The notes: generated by a model not told the origin, from the sequence alone. Numbered from the stretch's first letter, positions 7,226 through 15,429 are shown. The stretch is DNA of 32,000 bases from Candidatus Iainarchaeum sp. (GCA_016205145.1 JACQJH010000002.1:330001-362000); one strand, 5' to 3'. A program made the numbers and translations.

Positions 7226-7902
7226 TGGCAAAACCGGAAATCGTCTTCGATTCAAGCACAATCATCGCGGTTTCGAACAGCTGCATAATAAACATCCTCG
7301 GCGCGCTCAGAAAAAGCACTGGTGCCGGTTTTGTCATTCCGTCTGGAGTCGAATATGAGACCGTCACAAGGCCGGTTGCAATAAAAAAATTCGAGCTCAA
7401 CGCCGTGCGGATAAGGCGTGCCATCGGCTCCGGCGTCTTCGAGGTCGACCGGCAGAACCTTTCCAGCCTGAACGAAAAAATCGCCGGGCTGGCGAACAAC
7501 TCGTTTTTTGCGGGAAGCAATCCTATTGAGCTCATCCAGCTTGGGGAGATTGAAAGCCTGTCGCTGATCCTTAAAAGGAAGGCGAAGGCGCTTGCCATAG
7601 ACGAAAGGACCGCGAGGATGCTTGTCGAAGACCCGAAAGGCCTGAAGTCCCTGATGGAAAAAAGGCACGGCGTCAGGCTCAGCGCCGACTGGCAGAAACT
7701 CGACGAGCTGCGCGAAATGTTTTCCGGCATAACCATTGTTAGGTCAACCGAGCTTGTGGCAATGGCTTTCAGGCGCGGCCTGTTCCAGCCGGAACTGGAG
7801 CAGTCGCGGCAGGGCCTTGAAGCCGCATTGTTTGCCGTGAAATTCAACGGCTGCGCAGTTACGACGCCGGAAATAGAAAAGTTTGTGGCTGGTGCAAAAT
7901 GA
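7225..7902 (+). CDS. PIN-like domain protein (putative nuclease fold)
   Basis: The N-terminal IVFDSSTIIAV, then GEIESL and LAIDERTAR, give the D...E...D acidic pattern of PIN domains. It is translationally coupled to both neighbours. Confidence 0.45.
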   Translation: MAKPEIVFDSSTIIAVSNSCIINILGALRKSTGAGFVIPSGVEYETVTRPVAIKKFELNAVRIRRAIGSGVFEVDRQNLSSLNEKIAGLANNSFFAGSNPIELIQLGEIESLSLILKRKAKALAIDERTARMLVEDPKGLKSLMEKRHGVRLSADWQKLDELREMFSGITIVRSTELVAMAFRRGLFQPELEQSRQGLEAALFAVKFNGCAVTTPEIEKFVAGAK

Positions 7903-8354
7903 TTTTCGGAAAGGCAAGGAAAGAGGATCTGCAGGAAATCCTGCGGATGGTGGAAAAGGATTTCGCATACACGGGCTTCGACCTGAAAAAGCTTGAAAAG
8001 CGCCTGTCGGATTCAACGCTCACCATGTTCAGGTTGTCCCTCGACAAACGGCTTGCGGGCTTTTCCGAAATAGAGTTTTTCCCGGATGGCTACGCAAGGC
8101 TGAACGCCATAAGCATTGACGAAAAGCTCAGGGGAAAAAACCTTGGAAAACGGCTGCTTGGCCTCACAATCGCCGAACTTAAAAAATCGGATGTTGAAAA
8201 GGTTTTTTTGCTAGTCAAAAGGGAGAATGCCGTGGCAAAAAGCATTTACAGCCGCGTGGGGTTCAGGTTTGCGGGATTCCACGACAGCAAAATAGAAAAT
8301 TCAACCGTGGAGCGCATGGAACTCGAACTCAGCCGGCCCGCGATTGCAAACTAA
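7899..8354 (+). CDS. GNAT-family N-acetyltransferase (RimI/Ard1-like size)
   Basis: Contains acetyl-CoA motif A LRGKNLGKRLLG and ends with YSRVGFRFAG. Length is 151 aa. It has an ATGA overlap with the upstream gene. Confidence 0.75.
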   Translation: MIFGKARKEDLQEILRMVEKDFAYTGFDLKKLEKRLSDSTLTMFRLSLDKRLAGFSEIEFFPDGYARLNAISIDEKLRGKNLGKRLLGLTIAELKKSDVEKVFLLVKRENAVAKSIYSRVGFRFAGFHDSKIENSTVERMELELSRPAIAN

Positions 8355-8420
8355 GCGGCAATAGCAGAACAAGGGATTCTGAAACGCATTTGCCAAAAAA
8401 ATTGCCCAAGCCAAAAGGGG

Positions 8421-9926
8421 TCAATAGCTTTTCGCAAAATACGCCTTTTTTTCCGCGCGCTTTCCGCACACAACGCACTTTCCGCCGGAAGGCTTTTGGC
8501 CGAATGGGACGCAGCGGCTTGACGCGGTTGTTTCCGCCTTGATTTTTTCCTCGCAATCCCTTGACATGCAGAATGGCGCCAGAACCATTTTTTTTGCTTC
8601 AAGCGCCTTCACAAGTTCGGGGTGCGATGACGCTTCGCAGGTGTTTTCCTTCAAAAACCTTTGCGCGTTTTTGAGCAGGCATTCCTGCATTTCAGCAAGC
8701 GCTTTTTCCGCTTCCGCGGCGATGGCGGAGACGCTGACAAACTCTTTTTTGCCCGTGTCGCGCCGGACAATGACCGCCTGCTTTTTTGCCATGTCCTTGG
8801 GGCCGATTTCAATGCGCAAAGGAATCCCCTTCAGCTCCCATTCGTTGAATTTCCATCCCGGCGAATAGCCTTCGCGGTCGTCAAGAACCGGGTTGAGCGA
8901 TGCGAGCTTTTTTTCAAGCTCCTTCGCCGCCGCCAGAACCTTTTCCTTGTCCGTGTCGAAATAAATGGGCACAATGACGCACTTGTTGAACGCAACATTT
9001 GGCGGAAGCACAAGGCCCTTGTCGTCGGAGTGCACCATTATGGTTGCGCCAATCAGCCTTGTTGTGAAGCCCCACGAATTCTGCCAGGCAAAATGGCTTT
9101 CCTTGTCCTTTCCGAGAAATGAAATGCCGAACGCCCTTGCAAAATTCTGCCCGAGATTGTGCGAGGTGCCCATCTGCAACGCCTTCCCGTCAGGCATCAG
9201 CGCCTCGATAGTGAAAGTCTGCTTTGCGCCCGCAAATTTCTCCGACTCGGTTTTTTCGCCGGTAATGACGGGAATTGCAAGCAGTTGCCCGCACAATTCC
9301 CGGTATTCCTCCAAAAACATCAGAGCTTCCTTCACGCACTCTTCCTCTGTTTCGTAGACGCAGTGGCCTTCCTGCCACAGGAATTCCCTTGTGCGCAGGA
9401 AAAGCTTTGTCTGCTTGACCTCCCAGCGCAGAATGTTGCACCACTGGTTGAGGCGCAGGGGCAAATCGCGCCACGAGCGAATCCACTTGGAATATGCGTC
9501 GTACATTATGGTTTCGGACGTCGGCCTGATCGCAACCCTTTCACCCGAGCCTTCCTTTCCCTCGACCCACGCAAGCTCGGGGGCAAAGCCTTCCGCGTGC
9601 TCGGCTTCCTTTGAAAAAAACGATTCCGGAATCAGCAAGGGAAAGTACGCGTTCAAAACGCCTTTTGCCTGGATGACTGCGTTGAATCGGTCCTGAATTT
9701 TCTGCCACACCATGTAAGCGCGCGGCCTCACAATCATGAAGCCGGCTACCGGCGCGTAATCCGCAAGCTCGGCCTTGAGCACGACCTCGTTGTACCAGTC
9801 CGAAAAGTTTTCGGACTTTTTTACGGTCATGCCCTCGGTGTTTTTAGCGTTCTCAGAAGCCTTGCCGCCCGCCATGGCTTTTGCATCGTTGCCGTGGATT
9901 TTTTCCTTTCCAGCCATTCCAATCAC
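8421..9926 (-). CDS. proS: Prolyl-tRNA synthetase, archaeal/eukaryotic type (no INS editing domain)
   Basis: Begins NFSDWYNEVVLKAEL. It has a class II core (FLRTREFLWQEGH) and a C-terminal Zn-type domain ending AYFAKSY. The maximal ORF starts at GTG 9926 (GTGA overlap with proB). ATG 9917, or ATG 9830 preceded by GAGG, are alternatives. Confidence 0.9.
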   Translation of the reverse strand: MIGMAGKEKIHGNDAKAMAGGKASENAKNTEGMTVKKSENFSDWYNEVVLKAELADYAPVAGFMIVRPRAYMVWQKIQDRFNAVIQAKGVLNAYFPLLIPESFFSKEAEHAEGFAPELAWVEGKEGSGERVAIRPTSETIMYDAYSKWIRSWRDLPLRLNQWCNILRWEVKQTKLFLRTREFLWQEGHCVYETEEECVKEALMFLEEYRELCGQLLAIPVITGEKTESEKFAGAKQTFTIEALMPDGKALQMGTSHNLGQNFARAFGISFLGKDKESHFAWQNSWGFTTRLIGATIMVHSDDKGLVLPPNVAFNKCVIVPIYFDTDKEKVLAAAKELEKKLASLNPVLDDREGYSPGWKFNEWELKGIPLRIEIGPKDMAKKQAVIVRRDTGKKEFVSVSAIAAEAEKALAEMQECLLKNAQRFLKENTCEASSHPELVKALEAKKMVLAPFCMSRDCEEKIKAETTASSRCVPFGQKPSGGKCVVCGKRAEKKAYFAKSY

Positions 9927-10720
9927 TTCAGGAAAAGCGTTCCGTTCTGCCTGCCAGAAAAAATTTTTCCAAGCGCGCCGGTTTCGCCTTTCGTAATGAT
10001 TAGGGGAATCCCCTTTTTTAAAACGATTTTCGCGGCCTGCATTTTGGTTTCAAAGCCGCCCCTGCCCAAAGCGGATTTCCCTTTCAGCGATGCCCCGACT
10101 TTTGAAATGTCGGAAACCACTGGAATGATTTTCGCGTCGCCGTTCGTCAAGGGATTCTTGTCATACAGGCCATCCACATTCGTGAAAATTACAAGCAAAT
10201 CAGCTTTCAGGTGCACTGCCACGAGCGCGGACAAAACGTCGTTGTCGGAAAAAGCCTTTTTCGATGCAAGCTCTTCGACAGCCACGGCGTCATTTTCGTT
10301 TACGACCGGCACTACGCCGAGCCTGAGAAGCTCCCCGAAAGTGTTTTTCAGGTTTTTCAAAGCTTTCCGGTTGTCAAAGTTGTGCTGGGTAAGCAGGATC
10401 TGCGCTATTTTAAGCCCCGGCTTTGAAAACGCCTTGCCGAATTCGCGCATCAGGATTTTCTGGCCCACCGCCGCAACCGCCTGCTGCAATGGAACGGGCA
10501 TGGGCTTTCCGTTCAGGCCAAGCTCCTGCGCGCCCAAACCGATTGCGCCGCTTGAAACAATGACGAATTTCCTGCCATTGGCACTCTGCTCCGCAATGGT
10601 CTGCGCAAGGCCCTCCGCAAAAGAAAAATTGAATGAGCCGTTCTCGACCGCAACCTGCGTGCCAAGCTTGAGCACGACAAGCCTTGCGCCCGCAAAATCG
10701 TTAAACTTGCGCACAGTCAT
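9923..10720 (-). CDS. proB: Glutamate 5-kinase (short form, no PUA domain)
   Basis: Has the amino-acid-kinase N-terminus VVLKLGTQV and the VIVSSGAIGLG motif. It has an ATGA overlap with proA. Confidence 0.85.
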   Translation of the reverse strand: MTVRKFNDFAGARLVVLKLGTQVAVENGSFNFSFAEGLAQTIAEQSANGRKFVIVSSGAIGLGAQELGLNGKPMPVPLQQAVAAVGQKILMREFGKAFSKPGLKIAQILLTQHNFDNRKALKNLKNTFGELLRLGVVPVVNENDAVAVEELASKKAFSDNDVLSALVAVHLKADLLVIFTNVDGLYDKNPLTNGDAKIIPVVSDISKVGASLKGKSALGRGGFETKMQAAKIVLKKGIPLIITKGETGALGKIFSGRQNGTLFLK

Positions 10721-11970
10721 TCCCTCACCTGGCCGTGGCCTTCAACTATAAACTTCACAGAAGTCAACTCCTTCAGCGCAAACGGCCCCCTGCAATGCAG
10801 CTTCTGAGTCGAGATGCCCATCTCCGCGCCCAGGCCGAAAACGCCGCCGTCAGTGAAACGCGTGCTTGCGTTGGCGTAAACCGCCGCCGAATCAACGTTG
10901 GCCAGGAATTTGCGGATATTTTTTTCGTCCCCTGAAACAATCGAATCCGAATGGTGCGTGCCATGCGCATTGATGTGCGCAATCGCCTCGTCAACGCTTC
11001 CGACCTGCCTGACGGCAAGAATCAGGTCCAGGAATTCGGTATCGTAATCCTTCGCCTTCGCAGCCTTCACTCCGGCAAGGCCCTTAAGCAACGCCAAAGA
11101 TTTTTTGTCAACGCGCAGTTCAACGCCTTTTTCCAGCAATGCCTTCGCAGCAACGGGCAGGAAAGACCGGGCAATTTTTTCGTGCACAAGCAGTGATTCC
11201 ATGGCGTTGCAGACCGAGGGCCTCTGCGTCTTCGCATTCACGCAAATCCTGACAGCCGAAGCAGTGTCCGCGCTTTCGTCGACGAAAACATGGCATATTC
11301 CGGAACCGGTTTCAATTACGGGCACACGCGAATTTTCGACGACAAAGCTGATGAGCTTTGCTCCGCCACGCGGAATAATCAAATCAACCATGCCGCGCGC
11401 GTCGAACATTTTTTTTACCGCCCCATGCCCGGCCTCGCCGAACAATTGCACGCTGCCGTCAGGCAGGCCGGCTGAAGAGATTGCCTTGCGCATCACTTCA
11501 ACGATTTTCCTGTTCGAATTTATCGTCGAAGACGAGCCGCGCAGAATGACCGCGTTCCCGGATTTCAGGCACAGCACCGCCGCATCAACCGCAACGTTCG
11601 GCCTCGCCTCAAAAATCATGCCAATCACACCCAAAGGCACGCGCACCTTTCTGATGTGCAGGCCGCCTTTCTGCGAGTAATCCTCCAAAACTTCCCCGAC
11701 CGGGTCCGGCAGGACAACGATGTCATTGATTGAATCCGCAATCGCCGCAACCCTCTTTTCGTCCAGAGACAGCCTGTCAACCAGGGAATTCGAATCGCCC
11801 CGCTTTCGCGCAGCCCTGACATCCAGTGAGTTGGCCGCAAGAATCGCCTTTTCATTTTCCCGCAACGCACGCGCAACTGCCTTGAGCGCGCTGTTTTTTT
11901 GTTCCGTTGACGCCTGGGCCAAGGCAAAAGCCGCTTTTCTCGCGGCACGCGCAATTTTTCCGAACGTCAT
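10717..11970 (-). CDS. proA: Gamma-glutamyl phosphate reductase
   Basis: Contains IFEARPNV and the catalytic-Cys context CNAMESLLVH. Length is 417 aa. It has an ATGA overlap with proC. Confidence 0.9.
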   Translation of the reverse strand: MTFGKIARAARKAAFALAQASTEQKNSALKAVARALRENEKAILAANSLDVRAARKRGDSNSLVDRLSLDEKRVAAIADSINDIVVLPDPVGEVLEDYSQKGGLHIRKVRVPLGVIGMIFEARPNVAVDAAVLCLKSGNAVILRGSSSTINSNRKIVEVMRKAISSAGLPDGSVQLFGEAGHGAVKKMFDARGMVDLIIPRGGAKLISFVVENSRVPVIETGSGICHVFVDESADTASAVRICVNAKTQRPSVCNAMESLLVHEKIARSFLPVAAKALLEKGVELRVDKKSLALLKGLAGVKAAKAKDYDTEFLDLILAVRQVGSVDEAIAHINAHGTHHSDSIVSGDEKNIRKFLANVDSAAVYANASTRFTDGGVFGLGAEMGISTQKLHCRGPFALKELTSVKFIVEGHGQVRE

Positions 11971-12764
11971 TCTCCCAGCTCCCTGGAACGCCTGACAGCC
12001 GCAAAAACCGCTTCCCTCAGCTTTTCACGCACGCCCGCATCCTGCAAAACCTTCAATCCGGCCTCGGTCGTTCCGCCCCTGCTTGCAACCATTGCAATCA
12101 AATCACCGGCGGACAGATTCTTTTCAAGCAGGATTCTGCCTGTGCCAAGCATTGTCTGCCCTGCAAGCAGCCGCGCCTCATTCTCGGACAGGCCGGATTC
12201 AACCGCGGCCTCGCAGAACGCCTGCATTGCAAACGCGAAAAAAGCGGGGCCGCTTCCGGACAAAGCCGTGACCGCGTCAATTTTTTCCTCGGCAACCTCG
12301 ACGATTTTCCCGCAGCTGCCGAACAGGAATTCGACAAGCTTCCTGTCTTTCACCGTGGCCTTTCCCCCAAGCGAATAAGCTGCCGCCATCTCCTGCACAA
12401 GGCAGTTCACGTTCGGCATGACGCGCACGACACGCGCACCGGAAAGCCTCGGCTCGATGAACGCAATGCCTTTGCCCGCGCAAATCGAAATGACAAGATG
12501 CTTTCCGGAAACCGCCCCGGAAATTTCATCCAGGACTCCGGCAAGGTTCTGCGGCTTGACCGATAAAACCACGACAGACGATTTTCCTGCAAGCTCAACG
12601 TTCGACGAAACCGCATTGCACTTCACTGCTTTCTTGAACGCGCCAAGCCTTTTCGCGTCCACGTCGCTGGCAAGAATGTCCTTGGCATGGCACCGCTTGC
12701 CGGCAACAAAGCCTTTCGCCAGGGCCTCAGCCATTTTTCCCGCGCCAATGAAACCGATCTTCAT
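11967..12764 (-). CDS. proC: Pyrroline-5-carboxylate reductase
   Basis: Contains the Rossmann motif IGFIGAGKMAEAL and the C-terminal SRGGTTEAGL motif. A TATA-like box (rc AAAAATAAAAG) lies about 26 nt upstream of the ATG. Confidence 0.9.
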   Translation of the reverse strand: MKIGFIGAGKMAEALAKGFVAGKRCHAKDILASDVDAKRLGAFKKAVKCNAVSSNVELAGKSSVVVLSVKPQNLAGVLDEISGAVSGKHLVISICAGKGIAFIEPRLSGARVVRVMPNVNCLVQEMAAAYSLGGKATVKDRKLVEFLFGSCGKIVEVAEEKIDAVTALSGSGPAFFAFAMQAFCEAAVESGLSENEARLLAGQTMLGTGRILLEKNLSAGDLIAMVASRGGTTEAGLKVLQDAGVREKLREAVFAAVRRSRELGE

Positions 12765-12808
12765 CGCACAACACTTTGCATTCCATTGCTTTTATTTTTT
12801 TGCATGCA

Positions 12809-12882
12809 TGGGAGAGAGGAGATTCGAACTCCTGTCGCTGCCACCCCAAGGCAGTATACTGACCAGGCTATACTACTCCCCC
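12809..12882 (-). tRNA. tRNA-Pro (GGG)
   Basis: The reverse complement folds with acceptor GGGGGAG/CTCTCCC, anticodon stem CTGCC/GGCAG, loop TTGGGGT and T arm AGGAG-TTCGAAT-CTCCT. The discriminator is A and no CCA is encoded. Confidence 0.85.
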
Positions 12883-12900
12883 TCGCCGACACGTCCGCAG

Positions 12901-12958
12901 CCGATTTCGTCCGGCTGGTCCGACGACGGGTACACCGCTGCGCGCTGTACCCATCTGC
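12901..12958 (+). repeat. 58-nt two-hairpin element, copy 2
   Basis: Same orientation as 3773-3830. The five differences fall in loops or flank, or form a compensatory pair (G:C at 3806/3818 becomes A:T at 12934/12946). It lies 18 nt upstream of the tRNA-Pro(GGG) 5' end on the minus strand. Confidence 0.7.
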
Positions 12959-13033
12959 GCTGTTAATTTGACTCATCACGCACCCTACAAAAACCCTGCA
13001 CGCGTGGTATCGCAATGCGATACCACAAGGCTC

Positions 13034-13064
13034 CACACGCGCGAGCAGGCGCGTTGGGGCTGCC
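13034..13064 (-). pseudogene. Duplicated fragment of the tRNA-Pro(UGG) 3' end plus its trailer hairpin
   Basis: CACACGCGC-N6-GCGCGTTGGGGCTGCC at 13034-13064 matches 13163-13193 (25/31). Only the 6-nt hairpin loop differs. No complete cloverleaf can be folded around it. Confidence 0.5.
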
Positions 13065-13183
13065 GGCTTCAAACGCAGGGGGCTCCGCCCCCTCGCACGC
13101 CCCTGAAACATTTAATACTGGCCTACTCGGCGTGTCGCATCGGCGGCACGCCTTGGTTTCGGCACACGCGCCCGAAAGCGCGT

Positions 13184-13258
13184 TGGGGCTGCCCGGATTT
13201 GAACCGGGGTCGCCAACTCCCAAAGCTGGTATCCTGGACCAGGCTAGACTACAGCCCC
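13184..13258 (-). tRNA. tRNA-Pro (UGG)
   Basis: The reverse complement folds with acceptor GGGGCTG/CAGCCCC, anticodon stem CCAGC/GTTGG, loop TTTGGGA and T arm CCCGG-TTCAAAT-CCGGG. The discriminator is A. Confidence 0.88.
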
Positions 13259-13393
13259 GAAAAGCGCCCGAATGGCTAAAGCAAGCCGAAAAATCTGATG
13301 GCTGCCAAAAACTCCGAAAATCAGCAAAGGTTTGCGTGCACGACTGGAAGTCGCTCACTTTGGCAGTTCATAAGCAAGCTTTTGCCGGGAAAA

Positions 13394-13403
13394 GTATTTA
13401 AAG
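13394..13403 (+). promoter_or_regulatory. TATA-like box for the DNA ligase gene
   Basis: GTATTTAAAG is centred about 30 nt upstream of ATG 13428. Confidence 0.4.
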
Positions 13404-13427
13404 CTTGGTTTGGGCAATTCATTTGTT

Positions 13428-15281
13428 ATGCGCTTTGAAAAGGCCGCGGAAATGTTTGAAAGGCTGGAGAAGGTTTCCTCGCGCCTCGAAATGACCGCCA
13501 TCCTGGCGGAAACGTTTTCCGAAGCGAAAGCCGAAGACGTGGACAAGATTGTTTACCTTTCACAGGCAAGGCTCGGCCCGGACTATAACACAAGGGAAAT
13601 CGGCCTTGGCGACAGGCTCGTGCAGGAAGCCATAGCAAAGGCAAGCGGCTTTCCCCGGGAAGAAGTGGAAAAGCTTTACAGGGAAAAAGGCGACCTCGGC
13701 CTTGTAGCGGAGCACTGCCTTGCAAAAAAAAGGCAGAGAAGCCTTTTCTCCGAAAAGCTGTCCGTTTCAAAGGTTTTCGAAAACCTGAAACGCATTGCCG
13801 GTTCGGAGGGAAAAGGCAGCCAGGAACTCAAACTCAAGCTGCTCGCGGAATTGTTCAACAGTTCGACTCCGCTTGAAGCCAAATTCATTGCGCGCATTCC
13901 AATCGGAAACCTGCGCCTGGGCACGGGCGAGCCGACGCTCATGGACGCGTTTGCAATCACGTTCATTCCGGAAATAAAAAAGGACAAAAAGCTTCTGGCA
14001 AAATTCGAAGCCGAACTGAAGGAAAAGAAAGAGGAGAAAAGGGACGAGGAACTGGACCGAAAAATAAAGTTTTTCGTGCGCGAAAAAATCGAGGAAAAAT
14101 TCAACGTGCACCCGGACATCGGGAACATCGCCAAAGTTCTGAAAGAGCACGGCCTTGCAGGACTGGAAAAAATCAAAATCACGCCCGGCGTTCCCATCCG
14201 CCCCACCCTGGCGGAACGGCTGCCGAGCGCGGAAGAAATCGTCAAAAAGCTCGGCAGGTGCGCCGTGGAGGGAAAGATTGACGGTTTCCGCTTCCAAGTG
14301 CACAAAGACGCGGATAATGTGACAATTTTTTCGCGTAGCCAGGAAAACATGACGCACATGTTTCCAGAAATCGTCGAAGCCGTGAAAAAGCAGGTCAAGG
14401 CTAAAGAGGCGATTTTCGAGGGCGAGGCCCTTGCATACAACGAGGAAACAGGGGAATACCTTCCGTTCCAGGTCACCATCCAGCGCAAGCGCAAATACGG
14501 TGTCGAGGAAAAGGCGAAAGAGTTTCCTTTGAGATTGTTTGCGTTTGACGTGATGATGGTTGACGGCAAAAACACAATGGAACTTCCATTCATTGAGCGC
14601 CGCAAAAAGCTTGCATCCATAATCGCGAAAGGCGGCACAATCGAACTGACACAAAGCATTGAAACCGATGACGCGGAAAAGATCGAGGCATTCTTCAATC
14701 TGTGCGTGGAAAAGGGGCTTGAAGGAATAATTGCCAAGGACCTGCATGCAAGGTACATTGCGGGCGCGAGAAAGTTTGCGTGGATAAAGCTGAAGCGCTC
14801 CTACAGGGGCGAACTGACGGATTCGATTGATGCCGTGATAATAGGTTATTACAAGGGAAAAGGCAAGAGGACGCAGTTCGGCCTCGGCGCCCTGCTTTCC
14901 GCGGTTTACAACAAGAAGGACGACTGCTTTGAAAGCATTGCGAAAATCGGCACGGGCATGACGGAAGAACAGCTTGTCGAACTGGAAAAAATGCTCAGCA
15001 AACTCAGGGAAAGCAAAAAGCCTGCGCGCGTCAAATCCGGGCTTGAGCCTGACGTCTGGGTTTCGCCGAAAATCGTGATTGAACTCGTCGCCGACGAAAT
15101 AACGAAAAGCCCTGTCCATGAATGCGCGAAAAAGGAGTCCGGCGAAGGCCTTGCCCTGCGGTTTCCGCGCCTGATTTCAATCCGCCTGGACAAGAAACCG
15201 GAGGAAGCAACAACCACCAAGGAAATAGTCGGCTTGTTCGGGCAGCAGAAGCACGTGCAGTTGGATGAAAGGCAGGGCTGA
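13428..15281 (+). CDS. lig: ATP-dependent DNA ligase
   Basis: Contains adenylation motif I EGKIDGFR, then EGIIAKD and WIKLKRSY motifs. ATG 13428 is preferred over TTG 13410 from TATA spacing. Confidence 0.9.
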   Translation: MRFEKAAEMFERLEKVSSRLEMTAILAETFSEAKAEDVDKIVYLSQARLGPDYNTREIGLGDRLVQEAIAKASGFPREEVEKLYREKGDLGLVAEHCLAKKRQRSLFSEKLSVSKVFENLKRIAGSEGKGSQELKLKLLAELFNSSTPLEAKFIARIPIGNLRLGTGEPTLMDAFAITFIPEIKKDKKLLAKFEAELKEKKEEKRDEELDRKIKFFVREKIEEKFNVHPDIGNIAKVLKEHGLAGLEKIKITPGVPIRPTLAERLPSAEEIVKKLGRCAVEGKIDGFRFQVHKDADNVTIFSRSQENMTHMFPEIVEAVKKQVKAKEAIFEGEALAYNEETGEYLPFQVTIQRKRKYGVEEKAKEFPLRLFAFDVMMVDGKNTMELPFIERRKKLASIIAKGGTIELTQSIETDDAEKIEAFFNLCVEKGLEGIIAKDLHARYIAGARKFAWIKLKRSYRGELTDSIDAVIIGYYKGKGKRTQFGLGALLSAVYNKKDDCFESIAKIGTGMTEEQLVELEKMLSKLRESKKPARVKSGLEPDVWVSPKIVIELVADEITKSPVHECAKKESGEGLALRFPRLISIRLDKKPEEATTTKEIVGLFGQQKHVQLDERQG

Positions 15282-15286
15282 AATTT

Positions 15287-15429
15287 GTTTCCGCTAAAGC
15301 TGTTTCGCAAACCTTTTCCAAAGGTTTCCGCTAAAGCTGTTTCGCAAACCTTTTTGCAAAACCTTCAGTTTTGCGAAACCAGCAGAATCTTCGATTCTGC
15401 TTGGGTTTCCAAAGGTTTCCGCGAAAGCT
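15287..15429 (+). repeat. Intergenic tandem repeats (37-nt period, about 2.5 copies) plus a perfect 8-bp hairpin
   Basis: GTTTCCGCTAAAGCTGTTTCGCAAACCTTTT occurs at 15287-15317 and 15324-15354, with a partial third copy (GGTTTCCGCGAAAGCT) at 15414-15429. Each unit contains AAAGGTTT...AAACCTTT inverted arms. The GCAGAATC-ttc-GATTCTGC hairpin lies at 15382-15400. Confidence 0.75.

Noticed and set aside
12973-12979. A perfect box C consensus (GUGAUGA on the minus strand) just upstream of copy 2 of the 58-nt element, suggesting a box C/D sRNA.
   Set aside because: No CUGA box D or terminal stem lies downstream within a plausible distance. Copy 1 of the element has no equivalent box C, so the motif is not part of the conserved unit.
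12960-13183. The spacer considered as a third complete tRNA (for example Pro-CGG, possibly intron-containing or split) or as SRP/7S RNA.
   Set aside because: Only an acceptor 3' strand and a degenerate T-arm-like segment (CCTGC-GTTTGAA-GCCGG, with a mismatch and a non-canonical T loop) can be found. There is no matching 5' acceptor strand and no D arm. No SRP helix-8-like motifs were recognised.
13676-15119. Two long minus-strand ORFs (360 aa and 450 aa) antisense to the DNA ligase gene.
   Set aside because: They lie fully inside a CDS with clear ligase motifs. Their translations are low-complexity (Ser/Phe/Arg-rich) with no recognisable motif. They are typical shadow ORFs.
15287-15429. The tandem 37-nt repeats considered as a mini-CRISPR array.
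   Set aside because: There are only about 2.5 copies. The copies are directly adjacent with about 6 nt between them, so there are no spacers of comparable length. No cas genes are nearby.
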